Source: a virus. From it: 64,000 nt of DNA. The position numbers and the translations under genes are program-made. Position 1 is the first letter of the stretch; the number at the start of each line of letters is the position of its first letter. The notes beneath the pieces are model-generated. The model worked only from the letters and a program-made list of their open reading frames with translations. It did no database searches and was not told where the DNA came from. The stretch is from positions 82,511 through 146,510 of IMG/VR virus record IMGVR_UViG_3300020469_000011; one strand, 5' to 3'. Shown piece by piece: positions 18,691-28,520 of the stretch.

Positions 18691-18990
18691 ATGCAACCAT
18701 ACCCAATCCATCAACATTTTTATACCGCTCGGCGAGATTCTGAGCTTGTTAGGTATTTTAAAAATGAATATCGTTATGATTGGGAATTAAATTATGTTAA
18801 TTTCATGGAACGTGCGAAATCAGAAAAGTACAGTAAAACATTTAAAATATTGGTAAAAAAGTTTAAATTAATTATGAAAATCATGTTTGGTAATTATTCT
18901 GAAGAATACTTATTGAAAGTTAATGAAAAACAAATTTTTAAAGATTTATATGATTCTGAAAGAAAACAAAATTACCCTAGTTATGCGTAA
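18691..18990 (+). CDS. Hypothetical protein
   Basis: 99 aa; SD AGGAG preceded by a CA-rich leader. Confidence 0.7.
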   Translation: MQPYPIHQHFYTARRDSELVRYFKNEYRYDWELNYVNFMERAKSEKYSKTFKILVKKFKLIMKIMFGNYSEEYLLKVNEKQIFKDLYDSERKQNYPSYA

Positions 18991-19029
18991 ATTTAAATTG
19001 AACACACACATCACACAAAAGAGAGCATC

Positions 19030-19308
19030 ATGACAGATAGCAAAAATCCATTTCAGATCAGACAAGAACTTTTAAACACCGCAAAAGAATATGTTGAATC
19101 AATGTACAATATGCAACAATCTGCTATCGAAAGGCAATTTCATTTAGCTGAAGAAGTAATGAAGAAAAATGAAGAGCAGGGTATGAAAATGTTTCAACAG
19201 ACTACAGAAAATTTAGAAAAATACTGTAAGTCATATCCAGGAGTAGACCAAATTCTTACTGTTGCTAAACAATTTCAAGACTTTGTAGATAATAAAGATA
19301 AAAAATAA
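19030..19308 (+). CDS. Conserved T4-like phage hypothetical protein
   Basis: KNPFQIR.ELL..AKEY...YP....IL..A..F..FV pattern; CA-rich leader. Confidence 0.7.
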   Translation: MTDSKNPFQIRQELLNTAKEYVESMYNMQQSAIERQFHLAEEVMKKNEEQGMKMFQQTTENLEKYCKSYPGVDQILTVAKQFQDFVDNKDKK

Positions 19309-19327
19309 TTACATTAATAGGATTTTT

Positions 19328-19399
19328 ATGGTAGTTGATTTATTGTTTATAGGATTCGTTGCATTTTTTGTTACAGTCCTCTGGTCTAAAAAAATATGA
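19328..19399 (+). CDS. 23-aa single-transmembrane peptide (not in the ORF track)
   Basis: MVVDLLFIGFVAFFVTVLWSKKI; AGGA upstream. Confidence 0.45.
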   Translation: MVVDLLFIGFVAFFVTVLWSKKI

Positions 19400-19410
19400 C
19401 CTAATATACT

Positions 19411-19450
19411 ACTCCTAAATAATACATCAATTATTGTTTAGGAGTTTTTT
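19411..19450 (+). promoter_or_regulatory. RBS-sequestering hairpin/terminator with an embedded late promoter upstream of the resolvase
   Basis: ACTCCTAAATAATA/TATTGTTTAGGAGT 14-bp stem followed by T-run; CTAAATA in the 5' arm, AGGAG in the 3' arm. Confidence 0.75.
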
Positions 19451-20029
19451 ATGTTATATATTGGTATTGATTTTTCCATTAGTAGTCCTTGTGTTTGCTT
19501 TTGGGATACAAAAAAACAGCATTTATTTGAAAATTGCGAATTCTTTTTTCTACACTCAAAACCTAGCATTTCAAAAATAAATTTTCCTTCAAATATTTTT
19601 TATTCAGAATCTTCTGGATCAAAAGATAATTCCGTTCGCTTTTCGGAAAATGCAAAACTATTATCAACTGAAATTAAAAAAAGACTTGACATTTATAAAA
19701 AATCTGTTATAATGTTGGAAGGTTATTCTATGGGAGCAAAGGGAAGACTTTTTGACATAGGAGAAGCAACCGGAATTTTAAAATTATTTTTATCGTATGA
19801 AAATATTAAACCTATTATTATTGCACCAACTCAAATCAAAAAAATAGCAACTGGCAAAGGAAACGCAAATAAATTTAAAATGCTTGAAAGATTTTTTGAA
19901 ATAAATACTAGTTTACACAATTCAGATTGGACACAAGTTTTAATAACAGAAAAGCACATACAACCACCATTGACGGATATTGTAGATAGTTTTTTTATTT
20001 CTAACTCATTTACGGTAACATATGATTAA
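19451..20029 (+). CDS. RuvC-like Holliday junction resolvase
   Basis: YIGIDFSISSP; LEGYSMG; IGE.TGILK; P..IKK.ATGKGNA.K; DIVDSFF. Confidence 0.85.
   Translation: MLYIGIDFSISSPCVCFWDTKKQHLFENCEFFFLHSKPSISKINFPSNIFYSESSGSKDNSVRFSENAKLLSTEIKKRLDIYKKSVIMLEGYSMGAKGRLFDIGEATGILKLFLSYENIKPIIIAPTQIKKIATGKGNANKFKMLERFFEINTSLHNSDWTQVLITEKHIQPPLTDIVDSFFISNSFTVTYD
19686..19713 (+). promoter_or_regulatory. Internal sigma70-type promoter inside the resolvase gene
   Basis: TTGACA-16nt-TATAAT with extended -10 TG, upstream of thyX. Confidence 0.65.
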
Positions 20030-20897
20030 AGCTAAAATTGTTCAGGATAGTTCTTTACCTACTGGAGAAAGAGTTTTGACTTTCTCTGCAATGTATGGTA
20101 GATTAATTCATTCTGAACTTCTTAGACACCGTGCTGCATCTCATTCAGTGAAAAGTTCTCGAGCGATACCCACTAAAAAATATCGAGAAGAAGTTAAACA
20201 AAACATTTATGTCCCAGTTAAATTTGGCACAAAAAAGAGAGGAATGCAAGCAGGTGAACCTACCTTTTTAAGTAAATTTTATGGAGAAAGAGTATGGAGA
20301 CTTTCTTCAAAATTTGCATGTTTGTTCCATTGGATGATGGAAAAATTAGATATACATAAGGAAGTAGCTAATCGTATTTTAGAACCATATGTGTGGGTTG
20401 AAGAAACAATTACTGTTGAAGCTGATGCTTTAAAAGAAATAGCCGAACTTAGAATTCATGATGATGCACAAGAAGATGTTCGTAAAATCGTTGAAGAAAT
20501 GTTATATGAAATGGATAAAAGCACACCTGTTAAATTAAAAGAAGGACAATGGCATGTTCCTTATGTTGTGAGAAAAATTACAGATAATGGGATAATATAT
20601 ACAGATAATAATGGCAAAAATTTAACATTGGATGAGGCTATTGTTTGCTCTGCTGCTAGATCCGCTAGAAGTTCTTACGCTAATCATGATAATAGTATGT
20701 CTGTACTTGAAAAGGATATTAAACTTGCTAAACAATTAATTGGTTCTAAACCAATGCACTTGTCACCGTTTGAACATCAAGCAAGACCATTTAAAGATGA
20801 TCTTGAAAAGAATCAATATGGTTCTAATCTTCGTCATTTCTTTCAGCAAAGAAAGGCAATTGAAAATTCATTATGGCACTACGAAATCAATTCATGA
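20022..20897 (+). CDS. thyX: Flavin-dependent thymidylate synthase (ThyX/Thy1-like)
   Basis: ELLRHRAASHSVKSSRAIP (RHR-x7-S-x-R); HKEVANRILEP; LR.H.DAQ; H.SPFEHQA. Confidence 0.82.
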   Translation: MIKAKIVQDSSLPTGERVLTFSAMYGRLIHSELLRHRAASHSVKSSRAIPTKKYREEVKQNIYVPVKFGTKKRGMQAGEPTFLSKFYGERVWRLSSKFACLFHWMMEKLDIHKEVANRILEPYVWVEETITVEADALKEIAELRIHDDAQEDVRKIVEEMLYEMDKSTPVKLKEGQWHVPYVVRKITDNGIIYTDNNGKNLTLDEAIVCSAARSARSSYANHDNSMSVLEKDIKLAKQLIGSKPMHLSPFEHQARPFKDDLEKNQYGSNLRHFFQQRKAIENSLWHYEINS

Positions 20898-22201
20898 AAC
20901 CTGGCGAAATAACATTTCGCCAAAGACTAGAAGCTAATTGGAAATCACCAAACGAAAATATATTAAAGTATATTGAAAATACAGTAGATGAACGGGGGTT
21001 TCCAAATATTCCAAATTGGAAAAGTTATAAAGAAGGAAAAGATGAATTAGAGTTATATTCAGCTTTAATGTATTTTTTATTAAATGCAAAATTATCTTTA
21101 CCTAATGCAAATGAACCTGAACATAGTGTTCGTAAGTTATTCTTTAAATTTAAAAATAATACTATTGCTCCTTTTGTTCATCATTATGACTTAGACAAAC
21201 CATTAATCCATCGTTTATCTGGCAGTAGAAATACACAATATATTCATGATTATGATGATTGGAGTATGGGGTTCTTTCCTCAACATATAACAGCAAATAA
21301 AATTTCTAATTATTTTGCTGAAAATGAGAGAATGCAATGTGAAATAACTAATCGTGAAAGTCCTACATTTTTGTGGACTACTGAACACGGTATGTCTAGA
21401 TTAATGGATTGTATTCGTAGAGTTGGTATTGATGTTTTAAATGAGAAAAAATTAAAAAAAGCTTTTGGATATGCTGGTCAAGTTGCAGCCCAGTTCAATG
21501 TAAATACATCTAAAAATATTTATAATATAGTTCCAGGAAAAACAATATTTGATATATCAAGTGGTTGGGGGGATAGATTAACAGGCTTCTATCTATCTAA
21601 TAAAAAAACATATATAGGAACTGATCCAAATTTAAGTATGTATGAAATCTATAAAAAGATGTCTTACACATATGAAAAATGGTTAGGAAACGATAATCCT
21701 AAAATAACAGAACATGATAATTATTTTGAACTTAAAGGTGTGAAAAATGTTAGAATTTATTGTTTACCTGCCGAAGATATTGATTATGATCAAATTCCAA
21801 ATATTGATCTTACTTTTTCATCTCCGCCATATTTTAATAAAGAACTATATGGTAAAGATTCTGAAAATGAAGATAGTCAATCATGGAAAAGATATGATAC
21901 AGATGACAAATGGTTAACAAATTTTTTATATGTGATACTAGATAATCTCATTCCAAAATCAAAAATTACTATGATAAACATCACAGATGTTGGAACTGAT
22001 GTTAGAGATAATCGTAAATGTATTTGTGACCCAATGGTAGAGAGATATAAAAATAAATTTGTAGGAATCACAGGATTTCAATTATCACAAAACATGAACA
22101 TCGTCAGATATTTAACTGGTCATTACACTGAACCGATTTGGACCTTTGGTGAAAATTTCTTACAAGAAAATAAAGTAAATTTAATGGAATTATTTAATTA
22201 G
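20894..22201 (+). CDS. DNA amino-methyltransferase (SPPY, m4C-type) with a C-terminal clamp-binding-like tail
   Basis: Motif I FDISSGWGDRL; motif IV FSSPPYF; ATGA overlap with the thyX stop supports a start at 20894. Confidence 0.8.
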   Translation: MKPGEITFRQRLEANWKSPNENILKYIENTVDERGFPNIPNWKSYKEGKDELELYSALMYFLLNAKLSLPNANEPEHSVRKLFFKFKNNTIAPFVHHYDLDKPLIHRLSGSRNTQYIHDYDDWSMGFFPQHITANKISNYFAENERMQCEITNRESPTFLWTTEHGMSRLMDCIRRVGIDVLNEKKLKKAFGYAGQVAAQFNVNTSKNIYNIVPGKTIFDISSGWGDRLTGFYLSNKKTYIGTDPNLSMYEIYKKMSYTYEKWLGNDNPKITEHDNYFELKGVKNVRIYCLPAEDIDYDQIPNIDLTFSSPPYFNKELYGKDSENEDSQSWKRYDTDDKWLTNFLYVILDNLIPKSKITMINITDVGTDVRDNRKCICDPMVERYKNKFVGITGFQLSQNMNIVRYLTGHYTEPIWTFGENFLQENKVNLMELFN

Positions 22202-22209
22202 GGAGAATT

Positions 22210-22497
22210 ATGTTACATAGAGTTACCGCAACTATTGATAAAGAAAGAACTTGGGAGAAGGTTTTAAATCTTGACTATCTATTGAGTTTTGAACCATATG
22301 CTGATAAAAATGGAATTTATATTGTTTTAAATCTTTCAGATCAAAAATATAAATTTCATTATACAAGTATAGATACGATGATGGAAGATTACGAAAAATT
22401 ACACACAAACATGTCAGAGAGTTTTACACAAATGCATTCAATTATAAATCCTATGGATGTGTCAACTGAAAACGAAAATGACGTATTATTAGGATAA
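22210..22497 (+). CDS. Hypothetical protein
   Basis: 95 aa ORF with SD GGGAG. Confidence 0.6.
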   Translation: MLHRVTATIDKERTWEKVLNLDYLLSFEPYADKNGIYIVLNLSDQKYKFHYTSIDTMMEDYEKLHTNMSESFTQMHSIINPMDVSTENENDVLLG

Positions 22498-22500
22498 AAC

Positions 22501-22596
22501 ATGGAAAAAATTACAATGTTTTTTATAGTCTTAATATCTTTTGTATTAATTTCAATGTATTTTCTAGGTAAAAAAGTAATTGATATTCTTGATTAA
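22501..22596 (+). CDS. 31-aa single-transmembrane peptide (not in the ORF track)
   Basis: MEKITMFFIVLISFVLISMYFLGKKVIDILD; AGGA upstream. Confidence 0.45.
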   Translation: MEKITMFFIVLISFVLISMYFLGKKVIDILD

Positions 22597-22618
22597 AAAT
22601 ATTATAATTTTTGAAAAG

Positions 22619-22695
22619 GGGCCTCTAGCTCAATAGGTTAGAGCACCGCACTCATAATGCGTAGGTTCTCGGTTCAAGTCCGAGGGGGCCCACCA
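22619..22695 (+). tRNA. tRNA-Ile2 (CAT anticodon, lysidine type)
   Basis: Acceptor GGGCCTC/GGGGCCC, A73, CCA; loop CTCATAA; C4-G69 and C5-G68 TilS determinants; no initiator features. Confidence 0.8.
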
Positions 22696-22732
22696 CCTCC
22701 AAAAAAACCTTTATGAAAATATAATTAAATGA

Positions 22733-24463
22733 ATGAATAAATTACTTATCTTTGACTATGGAAGTCAGTATACACATTTGATTTCCAAGAGATTTAGAAA
22801 ACTTGGTTACTACACTGAAATATGTCAACCCGATATAGATTTACAATTAATATCTGCTAACGGTATTATTTTATCTGGAGGTCCTGGAAGTACAAATGCA
22901 AATAATGATTTAAATACTAATATATTTGATTTGAATATTCCAATATTAGGTATATGTTATGGTCATCAGTTAATAGCTTCCTACTTCAAAGGCACAGTAA
23001 AATCAAATACTAATGTGGAATTTGGAAAAGCAAACCTAACAAAATGTGAAGATAGTCTTCTTTTTAAAAGATTACCAAATACATTTCAAGTTTGGATGAG
23101 TCATCATGATACTATAACTTCTTTACCTGAGCAGTTTAAAGTTATAGGTAAAACAGAAACTCCTTCTGCAATTGAGCATAAACATAAAAAGATCTATTCA
23201 TTACAATTTCATCCAGAAGTTAATGATACAAACTTTGGTTCAATAATATTAGATAATTTTGCCAAAATATGTAACATTGAAAATAATTGGAATACTAAAA
23301 ACTTTACTGAATCTAGTATTAAAAATATTAAAGAAGAAGTAAAAGACCGTAATGTACTCATGTTTCTGAGTGGAGGTGTAGATTCTAGTGTTGCATTTTC
23401 TTTACTCAACGAGTCTCTGGGGTCTGAACGTGTATTAGGTCTTTTTATAGATAACGGATTTTTAAGAACAAATGAAGCTAAAATAATTTTAGAAAAATAC
23501 AATTCTTTAGGTTATGATAATATAATATTTCGTGACTATAGTATTAAATTTTTAGAAGCTATAAAAAATATTACAGACCCAGAAGAGAAGCGCAAGTCTG
23601 TAGGAGAAACTTTTCTAAAAGTTAGAGAAGAATTTTTAGATGAATTAAATTTAAATACTGATGATTGGTTATTGGGACAAGGTACTTTATATCCAGATAT
23701 TATTGAATCGGGTGGTTCAAAAAATTCACATGTGATCAAATCACATCACAACAGAGTAGATGCTGTAAAAAAATATATTGATAAAGGTTTGATAATTGAA
23801 CCGCTAAAGGAATTATATAAAGATGAAGTTCGTATTCTTGGAGCTTTATTAGGACTCCCAAAACAAATAGTACAAAGACATCCATTTCCAGGTCCAGGTC
23901 TTTCCATTAATGTAATTTGTTCTGATTCAATTTCTGAACAAACTAGTGAATTTTTACCAATAAAAAGTGTTGGTGTGCAAGGTGATCAAAGAACTTATAA
24001 ATCTCCAAAGGTCATTCATAATAAAGCTGATTGGGATACATTAGAAAAATTAAGTATTGAACATACTAATAAGGTAGATGGGAGCAATAGAGTTGTTTTA
24101 CATTTATCTAAAAGTGAAATTAAACATAATGGTTGGATTAGAAAAATTGCGTATTGCACAGAAGAAAGATTAAATATTCTCAGAAAAGCAGAAACTATAG
24201 TCTCTGAGAGTCTAGAAAAAAATAATTGGATGATAAAACTTTTTCAAGTATTAGTTATTCTTTTACCAATTAGTGAAAATGGGAAAAAAGAAAGTATTGT
24301 GATAAGACCAGTGGTATCAGAAGATGTGATGACTGCACAATTTGCTAAAATTGATTGGGATGTCATAGAAGAAATTGTAGATAAATTGTATAAGATGCCG
24401 AATATAGATTCGGTCTTTTATGATATTACACATAAACCTCCAGCGACTTTTGGGTGGGAATAA
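22733..24463 (+). CDS. guaA: GMP synthase (glutamine-hydrolysing)
   Basis: DYGSQY, ILSGGP, LGICYGHQ, QFHPEV, LSGGVDS, QGTLYPD.IES, IKSHHN, RHPFPGPGL, KPPAT..WE. Confidence 0.95.
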   Translation: MNKLLIFDYGSQYTHLISKRFRKLGYYTEICQPDIDLQLISANGIILSGGPGSTNANNDLNTNIFDLNIPILGICYGHQLIASYFKGTVKSNTNVEFGKANLTKCEDSLLFKRLPNTFQVWMSHHDTITSLPEQFKVIGKTETPSAIEHKHKKIYSLQFHPEVNDTNFGSIILDNFAKICNIENNWNTKNFTESSIKNIKEEVKDRNVLMFLSGGVDSSVAFSLLNESLGSERVLGLFIDNGFLRTNEAKIILEKYNSLGYDNIIFRDYSIKFLEAIKNITDPEEKRKSVGETFLKVREEFLDELNLNTDDWLLGQGTLYPDIIESGGSKNSHVIKSHHNRVDAVKKYIDKGLIIEPLKELYKDEVRILGALLGLPKQIVQRHPFPGPGLSINVICSDSISEQTSEFLPIKSVGVQGDQRTYKSPKVIHNKADWDTLEKLSIEHTNKVDGSNRVVLHLSKSEIKHNGWIRKIAYCTEERLNILRKAETIVSESLEKNNWMIKLFQVLVILLPISENGKKESIVIRPVVSEDVMTAQFAKIDWDVIEEIVDKLYKMPNIDSVFYDITHKPPATFGWE

Positions 24464-24465
24464 AC

Positions 24466-24494
24466 TTGACATTTCTCTAGAATTATGATATAAT
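24466..24494 (+). promoter_or_regulatory. Consensus sigma70 promoter for DNA polymerase
   Basis: TTGACA-17nt-TATAAT with extended -10 TG. Confidence 0.85.
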
Positions 24495-24532
24495 TAAATA
24501 ATTGTAAAATATTCTCAACTAATAAGGAATCA

Positions 24533-27049
24533 ATGTTTTATACTAATGTAGCACTTGTTGGTAATAAAATACACATGAGGTATATTGAAAATGGAATAAG
24601 AAAACAAAATGATTTTTCTTTCAGTCCTGAATTGTTTATAAAAAGTAAGAAAGGTAATTTTAGAGATCTATATAATAATTCCTATAAAAGTATAGAAGTA
24701 GAAAACGTAAAAACCGCCAAAGAAAAAGTTAAAAGTTCTTCTAATATTGAAGACTATACTATTTGTGGTAATGCAAAACCCGAATTTGAGTTTATTCATA
24801 GAAACTTTCCTGAAAACATATCCTTTGACTCCTCACAAATAAACATTGGTTATCTTGATATTGAGGTTTTTACAGACGGTGCTTTTCCTGAACCATCTGC
24901 CGCAAAATATCCAATCAATGCTATATCCTTTCGTATTCATGAAATGACACATGCTTTTGGTTTAACCTATGACAATGTTACCTATAAAAGCAAAAAAGAT
25001 GATGTAACTGTATATCTATTTGATACTGAAGAAAAATTATTAACTGAATTTATAAATTTTTGGAGTAAATGTGAATTAGATGTTATATCTGGTTGGAACT
25101 CTAATAGTTTTGATATTCCATACATTTGCAGAAGAATAGAAAATGTATTTGGTGAAAGGTATTTAAAAAGACTATCCCCATATTCAAAAATCTTTTCAAC
25201 AGAAAGAAAGAATGATTTTGGTAATAAAGAGATTGCATATAAAATTTATGGAATATCTCAAATAGACTATCTTGCAATCTACAAAAAATTTACATTTAAA
25301 AATCGTGAAAGCTATAAACTAGATTTTATTGCACAAGAAGAATTGGGTGAACGTAAAGAAGATGTATCTGATTATGATAATCTATTTGATTTGTATGAAA
25401 AAGACTTTGAACTTTTCATGGATTATAATATTAAAGATACTGAACTTGTAGAAAGATTAGATGATAGATTAAAGCTAATGGAAATAGCATTAACTCTGGC
25501 ATATTTTTCAAAAGTAAATTATGAAGATATCTTTAGTCCAATGAGGTATTGGGAAAACATTATTCAAAATTATCTTTATGAACATCAGATAGTTGTACCA
25601 ATTGAAAAGCCAGAAAATGAAAAGACTAAAAAGTTTGAAGGTGCGTATGTAAAAGATCCAATTGTAGGTAAACATGATTTCATGGTATCCTTTGACTTCA
25701 CTGCTCTGTATCCATATATTCTTCGTACATTTAATATTTCTCCAGAAACTATTCAAGGAATGCGATATGATCTAGATGTAGAATCTATATTAAATCAATC
25801 AATTGATTTATCTAGTGAATATGAAAAAGACATTACTGTAGCTGCAAATGGAGCCAGATTCACTCGCAAACACACTGGATTTATTCCTGCTCTTATTAAA
25901 AGAATGTTAGATTTGAGAGTTGATTCTAAAAAAGAAATGATTAAGACTCAGCAGAAAATTGAAGAAATGAAAAAGAGCGGTGAAAATCTAAATGATATTA
26001 AACTTTTAGAAAAGAAAACAGTTGCTTTATTTAATATGCAACTTGTAGCTAAAGTAGCTGCAAACTCTTTTTATGGAATTTGTGGATTAAAATATTTTCG
26101 TTTTTATGATATACGTTTAGCAGAAGCAGTAACTTATTCCGGTCAAGCAGCAAATCGTTTTGTAGAAAAGAAAGTAAATGAATATTTAAATAAATTACTA
26201 GAGACAGAAAATAAAGATTATACAATCTATATGGATACAGATTCTTGTTATTTTGACCTAAGTGGAATGGTGAATAAATTTGTTCCTAATAAAACAAAAC
26301 AAGAACAGAACGAGTTTGTCAAGAAAGTGGGTTATTCAAAACTCACAGAATGTATTGATAATGCTATTGATAGTTTCAACAAATATTTAAATGTTCATGA
26401 TGCTATTCTTAATATGAAAATGGAAGCCGTTGGTGGTGGAGTTTTTATAGCAAAGAAAAAGTATGTAATGTCAATAGTCCATATGGAAGGTGTAGACTAT
26501 GCAAAACCAAAATTAAAAATGACAGGTGTTGAAGCAGTAAAATCTTCAACTCCTGCTCCAGCTAGAAAAGCTTTGACAGACTGTGCGAATATTCTTGTCA
26601 CAGGAACAGAAGATGAACTAATTGAATATGTCACAAAATTTCGTAAAGAATGGAATGGTCTATCTCCAGATCAAATTGGATTACCAACTTCAGTGAATGG
26701 TATATTTAAGTATCACACAAAAGATAATAGATATGCACTTGGCTGTCCTATACATGTGAGAGCAGCAATTAATTATAATTATTGGATATCCGAATATAAA
26801 ATTGATATGCATTATTCTGATATTAAAGATGGTTCAAAAGCAAAGTATGTTTTTCTTATAAACCAAAACTACACTAGAGAAAATGTCATAGCGTTTCCAT
26901 CTAAGCTACCGAAAGAACTTGACTTACACTCCAAAATAGATTATAATGCTCAGTTAGAAAGATCATTTCTTTCTCCTCTTAAAATTATGCTTGAGCCAAC
27001 TGGTTGGAATTATGAGAAAAAAGTAAATTTAATGGATTTATTTTCTTAA
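24533..27049 (+). CDS. gp43: Family B DNA polymerase, T4 gp43-like
   Basis: ExoI DIEV, ExoII GWNS..FDIPY, ExoIII YNIKD; DFTALYP, K..ANSFYG, YMDTDS, KKKY. Confidence 0.97.
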   Translation: MFYTNVALVGNKIHMRYIENGIRKQNDFSFSPELFIKSKKGNFRDLYNNSYKSIEVENVKTAKEKVKSSSNIEDYTICGNAKPEFEFIHRNFPENISFDSSQINIGYLDIEVFTDGAFPEPSAAKYPINAISFRIHEMTHAFGLTYDNVTYKSKKDDVTVYLFDTEEKLLTEFINFWSKCELDVISGWNSNSFDIPYICRRIENVFGERYLKRLSPYSKIFSTERKNDFGNKEIAYKIYGISQIDYLAIYKKFTFKNRESYKLDFIAQEELGERKEDVSDYDNLFDLYEKDFELFMDYNIKDTELVERLDDRLKLMEIALTLAYFSKVNYEDIFSPMRYWENIIQNYLYEHQIVVPIEKPENEKTKKFEGAYVKDPIVGKHDFMVSFDFTALYPYILRTFNISPETIQGMRYDLDVESILNQSIDLSSEYEKDITVAANGARFTRKHTGFIPALIKRMLDLRVDSKKEMIKTQQKIEEMKKSGENLNDIKLLEKKTVALFNMQLVAKVAANSFYGICGLKYFRFYDIRLAEAVTYSGQAANRFVEKKVNEYLNKLLETENKDYTIYMDTDSCYFDLSGMVNKFVPNKTKQEQNEFVKKVGYSKLTECIDNAIDSFNKYLNVHDAILNMKMEAVGGGVFIAKKKYVMSIVHMEGVDYAKPKLKMTGVEAVKSSTPAPARKALTDCANILVTGTEDELIEYVTKFRKEWNGLSPDQIGLPTSVNGIFKYHTKDNRYALGCPIHVRAAINYNYWISEYKIDMHYSDIKDGSKAKYVFLINQNYTRENVIAFPSKLPKELDLHSKIDYNAQLERSFLSPLKIMLEPTGWNYEKKVNLMDLFS

Positions 27050-27068
27050 CATTTAATGAAGGATTGTT

Positions 27069-28139
27069 ATGTCAAGTTTTTTTAAAAACTATGCAAAATC
27101 AATGAAAAACGAACTTGCTACTATTGTTGGTGAGCAGGGTATGATAGGTGATTGTGAAGAATTTTTAGATACAGGTTCTTACATGCTGAATGCAATTATG
27201 TCAGCGGATTTATTTAAAGGCATTCCTAAAAATAAAACAATTGCTATTGCATCAGATTCAGGTATTGGCAAATCATTCTTTTGTGTATCTATTGCAAAAG
27301 AATTTCAAAAGAATTTTCCAAATGGATATGTTGTTTATTATGAAACAGAAAATGCATTTACTACAAAAATGTTTGCTGAAAGAGGAATTGATCTAAACCG
27401 TTTGCTTTATGTACCAATTGGAACTGTTGAACAATTCCGACATGAGTCAACAAAATTTGTTAAAGATTATAATGGTTTGTCAGAAGAAGAGAAAGTACCA
27501 TTTATTATGATATTAGATTCTATTGGTAACTTGTCTACAGAAAAAGAATATGAAGATGCTATTTCAGGTGCAAACAAAACAGATATGACAAAAGGCAGAC
27601 TTGTTAAATCAGCACTAAGAACATTGAAAATGGAATTGTCAAGAGCCAATGCCCCATTGATTATGACTAATCATGTATACAGTGAAATCGGTTCAATGTA
27701 TCCTCAAGAAGTAATGACCGGTGGAAAAGGTCCTTTGTTTCTGTCCGATGTAGTTTTGTTTTTATCTAAACGTAAAGATAAAGATGGAACAGTACAAGTT
27801 GGTAATTTTATTTCAGCAAGAGCCAGAAAATCAAGATTTACTAAAGAAAATTCAAAAGTTGAAATTTATTTAAACTTTAAAACTGGTATTAATAAATATC
27901 ATGGTCTTTTACCTTTTGCTGAAAAGGCAGGTGTTTATAAAAAAATTGGTAATCGTTATGAAGTTTCTGATGGACGTAAATTATATGAAAAACAGATTAT
28001 GGAAAATCCACAAGAATTTTTCACTCAAGAAGTATTAGAAAAAATCAATGAATATATTCATGAAGAATTTTCATATGGTGGTTATACGGAAGAACTGCCA
28101 TTTGATAGTTTAGATGAAGATGTTTTAGAAAAGGAGTAA
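27069..28139 (+). CDS. uvsX: RecA-like recombinase UvsX
   Basis: DTGSY.LNAIMS; Walker A SGIGKS; LDSIGNL; NHVY; KSRFTKEN. Confidence 0.93.
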   Translation: MSSFFKNYAKSMKNELATIVGEQGMIGDCEEFLDTGSYMLNAIMSADLFKGIPKNKTIAIASDSGIGKSFFCVSIAKEFQKNFPNGYVVYYETENAFTTKMFAERGIDLNRLLYVPIGTVEQFRHESTKFVKDYNGLSEEEKVPFIMILDSIGNLSTEKEYEDAISGANKTDMTKGRLVKSALRTLKMELSRANAPLIMTNHVYSEIGSMYPQEVMTGGKGPLFLSDVVLFLSKRKDKDGTVQVGNFISARARKSRFTKENSKVEIYLNFKTGINKYHGLLPFAEKAGVYKKIGNRYEVSDGRKLYEKQIMENPQEFFTQEVLEKINEYIHEEFSYGGYTEELPFDSLDEDVLEKE

Positions 28140-28145
28140 CTTAAA

Positions 28146-28520
28146 ATGGAAAACAATACAATATTTAATTATGGTGTGGTTAAAGATGAAAGTGATGATA
28201 GATGGGCTATTCATATTGAAAGTGGAGATTTTACGGATTTTATTTTTAAAATAGATCATCTTCGCTTGACATATAAAACTGATGATGATAGACTAAAGTT
28301 GGTTGAAAGTTATGATGAAGTAGATGATAAAGATGTAATTCTAGATTTTCAGTATGACCTTACCTCAGTCCCAAACAATTTTGAAAATGTAGATGGTAGT
28401 CAAGAGGCTTTTGAAAATGTTGCTAGAAATATTTTAATTGATATTTTAATGAGTCATCCTGAATTATATAAATTGGAGTCTAATAATGAACACCAAGCTG
28501 ATATTGAACAGCCTAATTAA
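28146..28520 (+). CDS. gp40-like head vertex assembly chaperone
   Basis: I..G.F....F; L.F.YD; F......IL..I pattern; between uvsX and gp41 as in T4. Confidence 0.55.
   Translation: MENNTIFNYGVVKDESDDRWAIHIESGDFTDFIFKIDHLRLTYKTDDDRLKLVESYDEVDDKDVILDFQYDLTSVPNNFENVDGSQEAFENVARNILIDILMSHPELYKLESNNEHQADIEQPN

Noticed and set aside
24495-24533. T4 gene 43-like autogenous translational operator
   Set aside because: Only weak ATTC/GAAT pairing is possible, which is too little support.
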